DNA of 59,512 nucleotides from Candidatus Eiseniibacteriota bacterium (GTDB lineage: Bacteria; Eisenbacteria; RBG-16-71-46; JABDJR01; JAWXBZ01). Positions 1 to 8,371 of this stretch are shown one piece after another (within the stretch, counting starts at the first letter, position 1; each line of letters starts with the position of its first letter). The notes beneath the pieces were generated by a model that saw only the letters and a list, made by a program, of their open reading frames with translations, searched no databases and was not told the origin of the DNA. The stretch spans positions 1 through 59,512 of the forward strand of contig JAWXBZ010000122.1 in NCBI GenBank assembly GCA_034440375.1, in the 5' to 3' direction. Position numbers and translations under genes: made by a program.

Positions 1-621
1 CGGCAGCGCGGTAGCGGGGACTTCGGGCTTGAGCGCATCCGGAACGGGCAGCGCCTGGTCAAGTGCCGCGGCCGCCAGGGAGGCACCGCCCGCGGGCGGC
101 GGCCCGGCATCGGTCAAGGGGGAGGCGACCGCTTCCACTTCCTCCGGCTTCACCATCGCAACCGGTTTCTCGATTCCTTCGCCCTCAACGCGCGCCTCCT
201 CGGGCCTCTCGGCAACGAGCGCGCGAAGGCGCCTGGCCATGGCGCGTACGACTTCCTGCAACAACGTCAGGTCCGTGGCGGCCACGTCGTAGAATTCATC
301 GCGGTGCAACGCCAGGGCCAGCCCGTCCTCGATGCACTCGGCTCGCTGGCCACGCCCGGAATCGTCCACGATGGCCCAGGTTCCGAATGCCTCGCCGGGC
401 CCCACCTCGGAGATCACCCGGTCGCCGGTCGAAAGCCGTACCCGACCCTCGACCACCATGTACAAGGCGTCCGCCGGGTCCTCCTCCCGATAAATCGTGT
501 CACCGTTCGAGATTTCGACCTCCCGCGCCGCGCCGGCCAGACCGAGGAGGTGGCGCGGTCCGACATCCTTCAGCAGGTCCGCTCCCTTCATGATCAGCAC
601 CCGTTCCACCGGCGTCAGCAT
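1..621 (-). CDS. Cyclic-nucleotide-binding (cNMP/CAP-ED) domain protein with Pro/Ala/Glu-rich tail; 3' end runs off the window
   Basis: Not in the ORF track because it has no stop in the window. ATG at 621 overlaps the upstream stop (ATGCTGA). Translation MLTPVERVLIMKGADLLKDVGPRHLLGLA...IYREEDPADALYMVVEGRVRL...VGPGEAFGTWAIVDDSGRGQRAEC fits a cNMP-binding barrel. No HTH is seen. Confidence 0.85.
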   Translation of the reverse strand, partial: MLTPVERVLIMKGADLLKDVGPRHLLGLAGAAREVEISNGDTIYREEDPADALYMVVEGRVRLSTGDRVISEVGPGEAFGTWAIVDDSGRGQRAECIEDGLALALHRDEFYDVAATDLTLLQEVVRAMARRLRALVAERPEEARVEGEGIEKPVAMVKPEEVEAVASPLTDAGPPPAGGASLAAAALDQALPVPDALKPEVPATALP

Positions 622-3371
622 CCGGGCGCCTCCAGTGCGACCACATTGGCGGCCCGCAACTGCACAACCGCCGTGCGATCCGGGCCGTCGGCCAACGCAT
701 CAAGCTCCGATTGAACAAGCGGTACCTCCTGCTCAGCAGGCCTCAACAGGCTGAGATCAAAATCCGGAACATGGCGTGCCGCCCGGACGGCACAGGCGCG
801 CAGCCAGTCATCTCCGGATTCCCAGGCGCCACGAATCCACCCGTGGAGCTTTTCCTGATCGGAAACGTCGTCGGGACTCGCCGTCGCTCTCGATTCGAAG
901 ATGCTCTCGACCGGCCGAAATGTCCCGCGGGGAAGAATGTGCCCCAGGTATTCCAGCGCGGGCGCGGCCACCTCGAGATCCCGGGACCGGAGGCTGTTGA
1001 AGGCCCCGAAGAGCGGCCGGGGCTCATACCAGCAGGCCAGCGCGAGCATGGCGCGTTCGAGAGCCCAGTTCGCAGACTCCTGGTAGCTTTCGGCGAGAAG
1101 CCGGACCTCGGGGGCGTCATTTTTCTCGAGCCCATGGGCCGGCTCGACGCAGGCGCGGTAGTCCCGCAACTCCCGGAGAAAGAGCCGGTGCGCCAGCCCG
1201 CGTGCCAGGACCGGCCGGCCAAGCAATCCGCGGGACCGCGCCAGGCTCTTGAGCCCTCGATGTCGATGTGTCAGGTCCGTGCTCCGGACCAGCACCATGA
1301 GCGCGGCTATCGCACGCGGCCGGGCAATCTCCGCCAGCGTACGCGCGGCGATCGCCTGGCCGCGCGCATCGCTGTCATTGGCCATGAGTTCCTTCAGGGC
1401 CGGCACGGAGGCGTCGCCGATGGCCGCGATCGCCAGACGCGCTTCACGGTTCAGCTCCGGCAGGAGAAGCAGGGGCAGCATGACCTCGAGAAGATTCCGG
1501 CTTGGCCGCCGGGCGGCCGAGAGCAGCGCAGCCCGCTGGATCTCGATGTCCGGGTTCCCGAGCAGGGTCGTCAGCCCCGTCACGGACGCCGGCCCCCCCA
1601 TCAAGCCAAGTCCACGGGCGGCCAGGAAGAGCTCCTCGCGAGTCCCGCTCTTGAGTCGTGCATCAACCCATGACGCCGTCACGGCACCGCGTGCCTCGTA
1701 AGGCCGCTCCCAGAGTGCTTCGAGAACATACTGCCGGAGATCCGGATCATCGCCATCGAGAAGATCCCGGGCAAATCGACCCGGCTGACGACTCCTGGAG
1801 AGCCTGTATCCAACCGCGGCCCGACGCACGGGCTCCTCCGAATCCCGAAGAAGCCCCTCGACCACACCCTCGCGATCCGCCATTCGCTTCGCTTCCATGG
1901 CCTGGATCGCCGCGGCCCGAACGATGGGCGATTCATGTCCCAGACACTCCCGGACGGCGCGCCCGATGTTGGCGTCGGGTGAATTTTCGCTCAGCCGAAG
2001 GGCCAGCACGATGCGGCGGACATCCTGCTGGTGCATCGCTTCAACGAGCGCCTTTCGTACGGCGGGAGTTCGAATTGCCTCGGAAGCCGCCTCGGGTTCG
2101 ATCCAGCGGCTGCTCAGCGCCTCCTTGAACGCGTGCCCGTACTCCGTGTTCAGGCGCAGGAGCACGAGGAGCCATAGCACCGCCAGGACGGCCGTGGCCC
2201 CGGCAATCATCGCGATGGGTGCGTGCAGGACTCGAAGTGCGACCAGGAGCAGAAGACCGGCCGCGGCGTCCGACCAGCGCTCAACCAGGGTATCGATAGC
2301 CGGCTTGACCAGGCGGCGTTCGACGGGTCGGATTGCCGCGAAGTAGATCTCGGACGACGACTTCCCCATCGTCTGAAAGACAACACCCTGGAACCAGCGC
2401 ATCGCCACGGCGGCCCACCATCCAAGGCTGAGTGCCGTTATCGAAGCGAACAGGATCACGGTGGTTGGCTGCAGGCCGGTGGACACCCCGAGACCCAGGC
2501 GCTGCAGCAACCAACCCGAGACGCCGAATTGGAAGAGAAGGGCCAGCACATTCAGTCCGATGTAAAACCTGCCGAGGAACTGGGTCAGGGCATGTGGATC
2601 CGGGTAGGCCTCCTGGATCATGAACTTGAATTGAAAGTCGACGAGAGTTGACACCACCACGGAAAGCGCGAGCCCGGCCGCAAGGACCTTGATGTAGGAG
2701 GACCGCCGGATGATGTCCCAGAAGGAACCGGTTGATGAGGAAATTTCGACCGGCCCCGAATGACGCGCCCGCTGGGTTTGGACCACCAGCGTCAGCGCGT
2801 GGGCCGCGAGGAGGAGCCCGGACAACGTCCACATCAGTCCGACGCGCTCAAAAGCAGGAGTCAACCAGGCCGCGATGCCGCCACCGACCAGCCCGCCGAA
2901 CAGCCCGAAGCCGGTCAGAATGGGAAAGATGCGACGGGCGCGACGGGAGTCCCAGACATCCAGCGCGAGCAGCCAGAAATGCGGCAGGAGCATCATGGCC
3001 TGGCTGCCGGTCCACAGATAGAACCAGGCGGTCGTCCAGTGACGCTCCAGCGGGAGCGTGATGGCGGCAAGAACACTGAACCCGACAGCCGTCAATTGAC
3101 TGACCCGAGTGGCGCCTTCGCGGCTCAACAGGCGGGCGAGGCGACTTTCCAGCCAGACGAACCCGGCCGACAACAGGGCCACCCCGATGTACATGTACGG
3201 CAGAGTTACCGCGCCGAATTCGGCCAGGAACAGCGCGTCCCGCAGCACCTTGGCAATGGTATAGGCGCACAGCAGCGTCGCGACGAGTGCCCCCATCAGG
3301 ACCAGAAGTCGCCCCTCATGGGGTTCAAGGCCGATCCGGCGGGTAAGGCTCTCCGGCGGAAAGGTCAGCAT
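615..3371 (-). CDS. NTT/TLC (Npt1/Npt2-like) nucleotide transporter domain fused to C-terminal HEAT repeats
   Basis: About 12 hydrophobic helices in the first ~410 aa with NTT-like motifs (YTIAKVLRDALF, HFWLLALDVWDSRRARRIFP, KPAIDTLVERWSD), then helical repeats (ESPIVRAAAIQAM, EEPVRRAAV, DIEIQRAAL). Confidence 0.8.
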   Translation of the reverse strand: MLTFPPESLTRRIGLEPHEGRLLVLMGALVATLLCAYTIAKVLRDALFLAEFGAVTLPYMYIGVALLSAGFVWLESRLARLLSREGATRVSQLTAVGFSVLAAITLPLERHWTTAWFYLWTGSQAMMLLPHFWLLALDVWDSRRARRIFPILTGFGLFGGLVGGGIAAWLTPAFERVGLMWTLSGLLLAAHALTLVVQTQRARHSGPVEISSSTGSFWDIIRRSSYIKVLAAGLALSVVVSTLVDFQFKFMIQEAYPDPHALTQFLGRFYIGLNVLALLFQFGVSGWLLQRLGLGVSTGLQPTTVILFASITALSLGWWAAVAMRWFQGVVFQTMGKSSSEIYFAAIRPVERRLVKPAIDTLVERWSDAAAGLLLLVALRVLHAPIAMIAGATAVLAVLWLLVLLRLNTEYGHAFKEALSSRWIEPEAASEAIRTPAVRKALVEAMHQQDVRRIVLALRLSENSPDANIGRAVRECLGHESPIVRAAAIQAMEAKRMADREGVVEGLLRDSEEPVRRAAVGYRLSRSRQPGRFARDLLDGDDPDLRQYVLEALWERPYEARGAVTASWVDARLKSGTREELFLAARGLGLMGGPASVTGLTTLLGNPDIEIQRAALLSAARRPSRNLLEVMLPLLLLPELNREARLAIAAIGDASVPALKELMANDSDARGQAIAARTLAEIARPRAIAALMVLVRSTDLTHRHRGLKSLARSRGLLGRPVLARGLAHRLFLRELRDYRACVEPAHGLEKNDAPEVRLLAESYQESANWALERAMLALACWYEPRPLFGAFNSLRSRDLEVAAPALEYLGHILPRGTFRPVESIFESRATASPDDVSDQEKLHGWIRGAWESGDDWLRACAVRAARHVPDFDLSLLRPAEQEVPLVQSELDALADGPDRTAVVQLRAANVVALEAPGC

Positions 3372-3496
3372 GTCGATTCCGTCTTCAGTTGTCGCACTCC
3401 TGCTGGAAAATCAAGGCATCGGGCCGAGTCAGCCAGCGTAGCATGTCGTCCGGAATGGCGATCGGTCGTCTCGGGAGTTACGATCCCACGTGAGTT

Positions 3497-3526
3497 CTGG
3501 CCCAATTGTTGCAACAGCCATGCCCG
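3497..3526. promoter_or_regulatory. Overlapping divergent sigma54 (-24/-12) promoter pair
   Basis: Plus strand CTGGCCCAATTGTTGCA (GG 3499-3500, N10, GC 3511-3512). Minus strand GGGCATGGCTGTTGCA (GG 3524-3523, N10, GC 3512-3511). The core TGTTGCAACA is a perfect palindrome. Confidence 0.55.
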
Positions 3527-3553
3527 TGTCAAGGGGGTGTCAATCGGTGTCGA
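3526..3553 (+). repeat. Three direct repeats GTGTC(A/G)A at 11/10-bp spacing (OmpR/PhoB-like box, or TTGACA hexamers on the minus strand)
   Basis: GTGTCAA 3526-3532, GTGTCAA 3537-3543, GTGTCGA 3547-3553. Confidence 0.4.
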
Positions 3554-3632
3554 GTAGGCCAGTATGGTTTAGGATGGCGATTCGAAGTCTTTTAGATCGT
3601 CGGTTAGATTGTTCGCCACGGCAAAACCAAAC

Positions 3633-5015
3633 ATGAAGGACTCAATCAACTTGATCGATTCCAGCCGTCGTTTGCCCCCGAAACTGTTGACAGGCGGACT
3701 CCTCCTGTCGCTGCTCCTGGCTTGCATCATCAACGGGGCCGTCCCCCGCGTGGCGAGGGCGGAACCGCGGTTCGGTGATTCGAGCTGGGTGGCACCAGCC
3801 CTGCCGGCCGGGGGCGACCCCACGTCCAATGGACCCCGGGTGGCTCCCCCCGACAAGGAGCGCGGATGGGAGACGGCACTCCGAACACCGTTCCGAGTCG
3901 TCCTGGTGCCATTCCGACTCATCGGCCGAGGGCTGGAGGCGGGCGTCAATCACATTGGCGCAAAATACCTCGAACCAAAACCGAAATCGACCACGCATGG
4001 GCCCCGTGTGGGTCTACGCGTGGATGTCAGCGGCGCAACCAGCGGGGTCGACAACGTCGGCATTGGCCCGGCAATCAGCTGGGACGGATTTCCGACCGAC
4101 GACGCCCACATGGAGGCCAGCGCCGCGTTTGCCCTTAATGATCGCCGCCGCGCCCGATTCCTGGGATTGCTCCGCGACAGGCAACCGCTCAGCTTTCAGC
4201 TGACCGCCGACTACGATTTCAAACCGGACCGCAGCTACTACGGCATCGGGAACGGGACCGAGGAAGCGGACAGGGCCTACTATCGCCTGGAGAGCACCAG
4301 GGTGGAGGGAGCGCTACGGCTTGGCGCCTCACCGCTTCGCCGGCTGCAGGTCCTGGCTGGCTACTCGGGCATGAGCCCGGGCGTCGGAAAGCATGCCAGC
4401 CCCCTCCTGGGCAATGTCTTTCCGGATGGAACTGTTCCCTTCGGGGGCACCGCCACACAGTATTTCATTTCAGGAGTTGCCGGCGATTTTGCCGTGCTCG
4501 ATGATGCCATCTCGCCGTCACTCGGGGTCCATGGCCGCGCGGAGCTGAAACATGCGGCCGGCCTGCGCGGTGCCGACCCTGATTACAACCAGTGGCTACT
4601 CGAGGGCCGCGCCTACCTGCCGGTATTCGCGAAGCGCCGCGTCCTCGCCTTTCGCGCCGCGTACGCCGGTGTGGACCCGACCGAGGATGGAGCGGTGTTG
4701 CCATTCTATCGCCTGATTCAAAGCGAAGGACAACTGCGCTTCCTCGGATATTCAACGCAGCGCTTTCGTGACCGGCAACTCATCCTCGCCCATGTCGAGT
4801 ATCGCTGGGCCATCTCCCACCAGGTGAGCGCACTCGCCATCTACCAATTGGGTGCGGTGGCACCCGAAAGGGAAGTTTTTTCCCTCCGGGCCGCAAAAAC
4901 TTCCTGGGGGGGGGGCCTGCGCATGGGGATGCGGGAAGGCTCCGCGCTCCGATTCGTCGTCGGAAAGGGTGACGAGGGGCTGAGTGCGCAACTGGCACTC
5001 AGGAGCGACTTTTGA
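3633..5015 (+). CDS. Omp85/BamA-TamA family outer-membrane beta-barrel protein
   Basis: Signal peptide; alternating amphipathic beta-strands; Omp85-like loop LRFLGYSTQRFRDRQL; C-terminal WGGGLR...AQLALRSDF ending in Phe. ATG 3633 preferred over TTG 3609. Confidence 0.75.
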   Translation: MKDSINLIDSSRRLPPKLLTGGLLLSLLLACIINGAVPRVARAEPRFGDSSWVAPALPAGGDPTSNGPRVAPPDKERGWETALRTPFRVVLVPFRLIGRGLEAGVNHIGAKYLEPKPKSTTHGPRVGLRVDVSGATSGVDNVGIGPAISWDGFPTDDAHMEASAAFALNDRRRARFLGLLRDRQPLSFQLTADYDFKPDRSYYGIGNGTEEADRAYYRLESTRVEGALRLGASPLRRLQVLAGYSGMSPGVGKHASPLLGNVFPDGTVPFGGTATQYFISGVAGDFAVLDDAISPSLGVHGRAELKHAAGLRGADPDYNQWLLEGRAYLPVFAKRRVLAFRAAYAGVDPTEDGAVLPFYRLIQSEGQLRFLGYSTQRFRDRQLILAHVEYRWAISHQVSALAIYQLGAVAPEREVFSLRAAKTSWGGGLRMGMREGSALRFVVGKGDEGLSAQLALRSDF

Positions 5016-6736
5016 GACGCCAATCAATTCGACCCGAACTCCGTCGTGCGCCCGGCGGGCCCCTGGCCATCTGGCTGCTCGCGTCCCTGTTTGGCGTGTC
5101 CGCCGCCTCGGACAATCACGTGAGCGCTCACGCATCGGACCGGACGGACCATTCCCCGGTTCAGGCAACCAGCGACACCACCTGGGTGGATCACGACGGT
5201 CGCCCCATTCCCCAGCCCCCCGAATGGGAGCCGAATTTCTGGGGCCATCAATTCCGCGAAGGACTGATCGAACCCCTGTCGCACGCATTCGACGTTCCGG
5301 ACCTGATTCTGGGCGTCACCGACTTCCTCGGGGCGGATCCGGAACGGGAATCGGTCAACGTGAATGCGTTCGATGAAGTGCCCAACTCGACCTGGTTCAC
5401 CAACCGGAATCATGTGCGTGCCGTTCCGTTGGCCGACATAAAGCAGGGGCCCGGCAAACCACAGCTGCCGACAAAGCCATGGACCATCACCAAGGTGAAG
5501 CAGGGCGGGCGTACCCATGGCTTTCAGATCAAGGATGCCGACGGTGGGCGATGGCTCATCAAGCTGGACCCGGCCGGTCATCCGCAGCTCGGCGCCGGAG
5601 CCGATTTCATTTCACGGACGTTGTTTCATGCCGCCGGGTACAACGTTCCGCACAACGAACCGGTCCAATTCCTGCGAAATGACCTGAGCATCGACGACGA
5701 TCTGTTGAACGGCAAGAAGGGTGCCCCCTTTACTGAAGGCGATCTCGATTCCCTTCTTACTCACGGTGCGGTGCTGTCGGATGGCCGGTTCAGCGGCTTC
5801 GCCAGCCTGTTCCTCGATGGCAAAGTCGTTGGCGCGCCGAGCATGCGCCGGCTGCGGCCGGGCGACCCGAATGACCGGTACACCCATGTCAACCGCCGCG
5901 AATTGCGCGGTCTGTACGTCGTTTGTGCCTGGCTCAACAGCTGGGACATGAAGGATCAGAATTTTCTCGATCTGTTTGTCGAAACCGGGGACAGCCTGGG
6001 GCATGTGGATCATTACGTACTTGATGTGGGCGCGTCACTGGGTGCCGCGGCCAAGGGACCGAAGAAGCCGTGGAACGGCTTTGAACATACTCTTGATTTC
6101 AAATGGACCATCCGGCGGCTGCTGAGTCTCGGGTTTGTCGAGGAGCCCTGGCGGCAGGCGAAGCAGGACTCGGGTATTCCTTCGGCCGGCAATTTCGAGT
6201 CGAAGAGATACAACCCCGGGGATTTCCGGACATTGATTCCTCAGGCGGCCTTCCGTGAGATGACCGACCGGGATGCCTACTGGGGCGCCAAGATCGTGGC
6301 GTCGTTCTCCGATGCCCAGATCGCGGCGGCTGTCGGCGCCGTGTCGTACGAAGACCCGCGGGCACGCGATTTCCTGGCACGGACCCTCATCGAACGGCGT
6401 GACAAGACCGTGACTTACTGGTTCGATCGTGTGGCCCCGCTCGATTTTTTTTCGGTCCGTGAGGGCGCCCTCCACTTCCACGATCTTGCGGTTGATATCG
6501 GCCTGGCGGCCCCGCGGAAATACGACGTCGAGATCAAGCAGGCGGACGGGCCGGCGACCGCAACCCGGCGTGTTCAAATTGACGGTGCGATGCTGCGTCT
6601 CGACGATGCTGATGATAATGGCGCGACACGACTCGCTGTTGAGGTCAAGGTCGATGGAAATTCGGCAAAGGCGGCGCGCGTTGAGTTGACCCGAATCGGT
6701 TCCACCTGGACGGTGACTCGAGTGCGCCACGGATGA
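5012..6736 (+). CDS. Exported atypical (HipA/PI3-4K/CotH-like fold) kinase-like protein
   Basis: TTG overlaps the upstream stop, with AGGAG RBS at 5001-5005. N-terminal signal peptide. Motifs KQGGRTHG (Gly loop), WLIKLD (Lys), WDMKDQN (DxKxxN), LDVG (DFG-like). Confidence 0.7.
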   Translation: MRRQSIRPELRRAPGGPLAIWLLASLFGVSAASDNHVSAHASDRTDHSPVQATSDTTWVDHDGRPIPQPPEWEPNFWGHQFREGLIEPLSHAFDVPDLILGVTDFLGADPERESVNVNAFDEVPNSTWFTNRNHVRAVPLADIKQGPGKPQLPTKPWTITKVKQGGRTHGFQIKDADGGRWLIKLDPAGHPQLGAGADFISRTLFHAAGYNVPHNEPVQFLRNDLSIDDDLLNGKKGAPFTEGDLDSLLTHGAVLSDGRFSGFASLFLDGKVVGAPSMRRLRPGDPNDRYTHVNRRELRGLYVVCAWLNSWDMKDQNFLDLFVETGDSLGHVDHYVLDVGASLGAAAKGPKKPWNGFEHTLDFKWTIRRLLSLGFVEEPWRQAKQDSGIPSAGNFESKRYNPGDFRTLIPQAAFREMTDRDAYWGAKIVASFSDAQIAAAVGAVSYEDPRARDFLARTLIERRDKTVTYWFDRVAPLDFFSVREGALHFHDLAVDIGLAAPRKYDVEIKQADGPATATRRVQIDGAMLRLDDADDNGATRLAVEVKVDGNSAKAARVELTRIGSTWTVTRVRHG

Positions 6737-8331
6737 CGCTGCCAACGACTGAGCCTATTCGCGGTCGGGGATCCCCGACTCCACGGCGGTACAGCCTGTT
6801 CGTGACAGCGGCCACTTTGCTGCTCCTTGGCGGCTGCGCCCGCATCGGGCGCCTGCAGCACGTTCAGCAGCCGATCTCACCGGCGTTTACCGACAGCACC
6901 CAGAAAGTACGAGAGGACGAGGAGAACGAGGAGTCCGAGGAGTTCGGGGGCCCGATTTCCTGGCAGCCGCTGTTCGGCGACACGTTGATTGGCCTGGTGC
7001 CCGGTACGGCCGATACCTCCCTGCGTTTCCTGGGGCGCCTGCGGGCCGGCTATACGGCGGACACGCTCAACATCATCCTGTTCGGCGACAACCGCCCGTC
7101 CTACCGCACATCGCGACTTCGCCCGGAGTTCACCAGGATCAAGCAGGCGATTTCGCTGAACCCGATCAAGATCCTGCGCGGCCTGATCACGATACCGGTC
7201 CTCCTGGCGAAAGGCCTTTACCCCGACCTGGCACTCATCCGGGACATCCCGGCCCTCATCAAACACAGTCCGAATTACGGGCGTGAGGCACAGGTGCTCA
7301 AGGCCGTGATGACCGCGATCGATTCGATTGAAGCGGGGGGAGAGACCGTCGCGGCGGTGATCAATACCGGCGACCTCGTGAAGGACGGACGATATCCCGC
7401 GCACTGGGAGCGTTTTCTCCGGCTCACCCGACCCCTGTCCTCCCGGGTGCCCTACTTCCCGATAGCCGGAAATCACGAGCGCACGGACACCGACGAAGGC
7501 GTGGAAAATTGGCGCACCGCGACGGGTTTGCCGATCACCGGAGACCGCCTCTACTACTCGTTCGATTCCGCCGATGGCTGGGTCCGCTTCATCGCCCTGG
7601 ACTCGAACCCGATGACCGATCCGGCCAATTACTGGTCCCGCGAGGTCGAGATCAAGTATTCCGACGAACAGATCGACTGGCTGCAGAAATCCCTGAAGAG
7701 TCACCGTGGCCCCGCATTCGTTTTCATGCATCATCCCCCCTTTTCAACCGGATTCCATCGCGGCCAGTGGCAGAATGACGATGTGCTTCGGGAGCGGCGC
7801 GAGCGGATGGTCCGGACGCTGAAAGAGAGCGGCATCTCCATTCTTGCCACCGGGCACGAGCACGCCTACGAGCGCGCCCTCCTTACCTGGGACGACGCGG
7901 TGCTGATCAGCATCGTGGCCGGCGGCGGCGGCTCGCCCCTTCACGCCATTCCCTCGGCGGCGCGGAGCGCTCAGATGTTCAGCGAATACAAGGTGGCCGG
8001 ATCCGTGATAAAGCCCGAGAATGTCATGACGGCGATCAATTTCCACTTCGTCCACCTGCGCCTCTGGTTCGGTGGTGGCGAGTTTCATACCTTTGCCGTC
8101 GACAAGGACGGGAGCACGAGGCTGATCGACGAGGTGCAAATCGACCTCAAGCGATACGGCGTTCCCGAGATCGACCAGTTCAAGATACCGGTGCCAAAGG
8201 AGGGACCGGTCGAACCGACACCGACCGTGGAAGACAAGCAAAAAGGAACGATCGCGGCCAAGACCGATTCTGTCTCGGCCGACGACAAGCTCAAGAACGA
8301 ACCGCCGCCGGGCGGGAAACCACCCCGTTAA
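6733..8331 (+). CDS. Calcineurin-like metallophosphoesterase, probable lipoprotein
   Basis: ATGA overlap with the upstream gene; lipobox LLGGC; motifs FGDNR, NTGDLV, AGNHE, FMHHP, TGHEH. Confidence 0.85.
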   Translation: MTLPTTEPIRGRGSPTPRRYSLFVTAATLLLLGGCARIGRLQHVQQPISPAFTDSTQKVREDEENEESEEFGGPISWQPLFGDTLIGLVPGTADTSLRFLGRLRAGYTADTLNIILFGDNRPSYRTSRLRPEFTRIKQAISLNPIKILRGLITIPVLLAKGLYPDLALIRDIPALIKHSPNYGREAQVLKAVMTAIDSIEAGGETVAAVINTGDLVKDGRYPAHWERFLRLTRPLSSRVPYFPIAGNHERTDTDEGVENWRTATGLPITGDRLYYSFDSADGWVRFIALDSNPMTDPANYWSREVEIKYSDEQIDWLQKSLKSHRGPAFVFMHHPPFSTGFHRGQWQNDDVLRERRERMVRTLKESGISILATGHEHAYERALLTWDDAVLISIVAGGGGSPLHAIPSAARSAQMFSEYKVAGSVIKPENVMTAINFHFVHLRLWFGGGEFHTFAVDKDGSTRLIDEVQIDLKRYGVPEIDQFKIPVPKEGPVEPTPTVEDKQKGTIAAKTDSVSADDKLKNEPPPGGKPPR

Positions 8332-8371
8332 CTCACGGTTTGCCGCGGGTCGCACATTTGGAGGAATTGAG

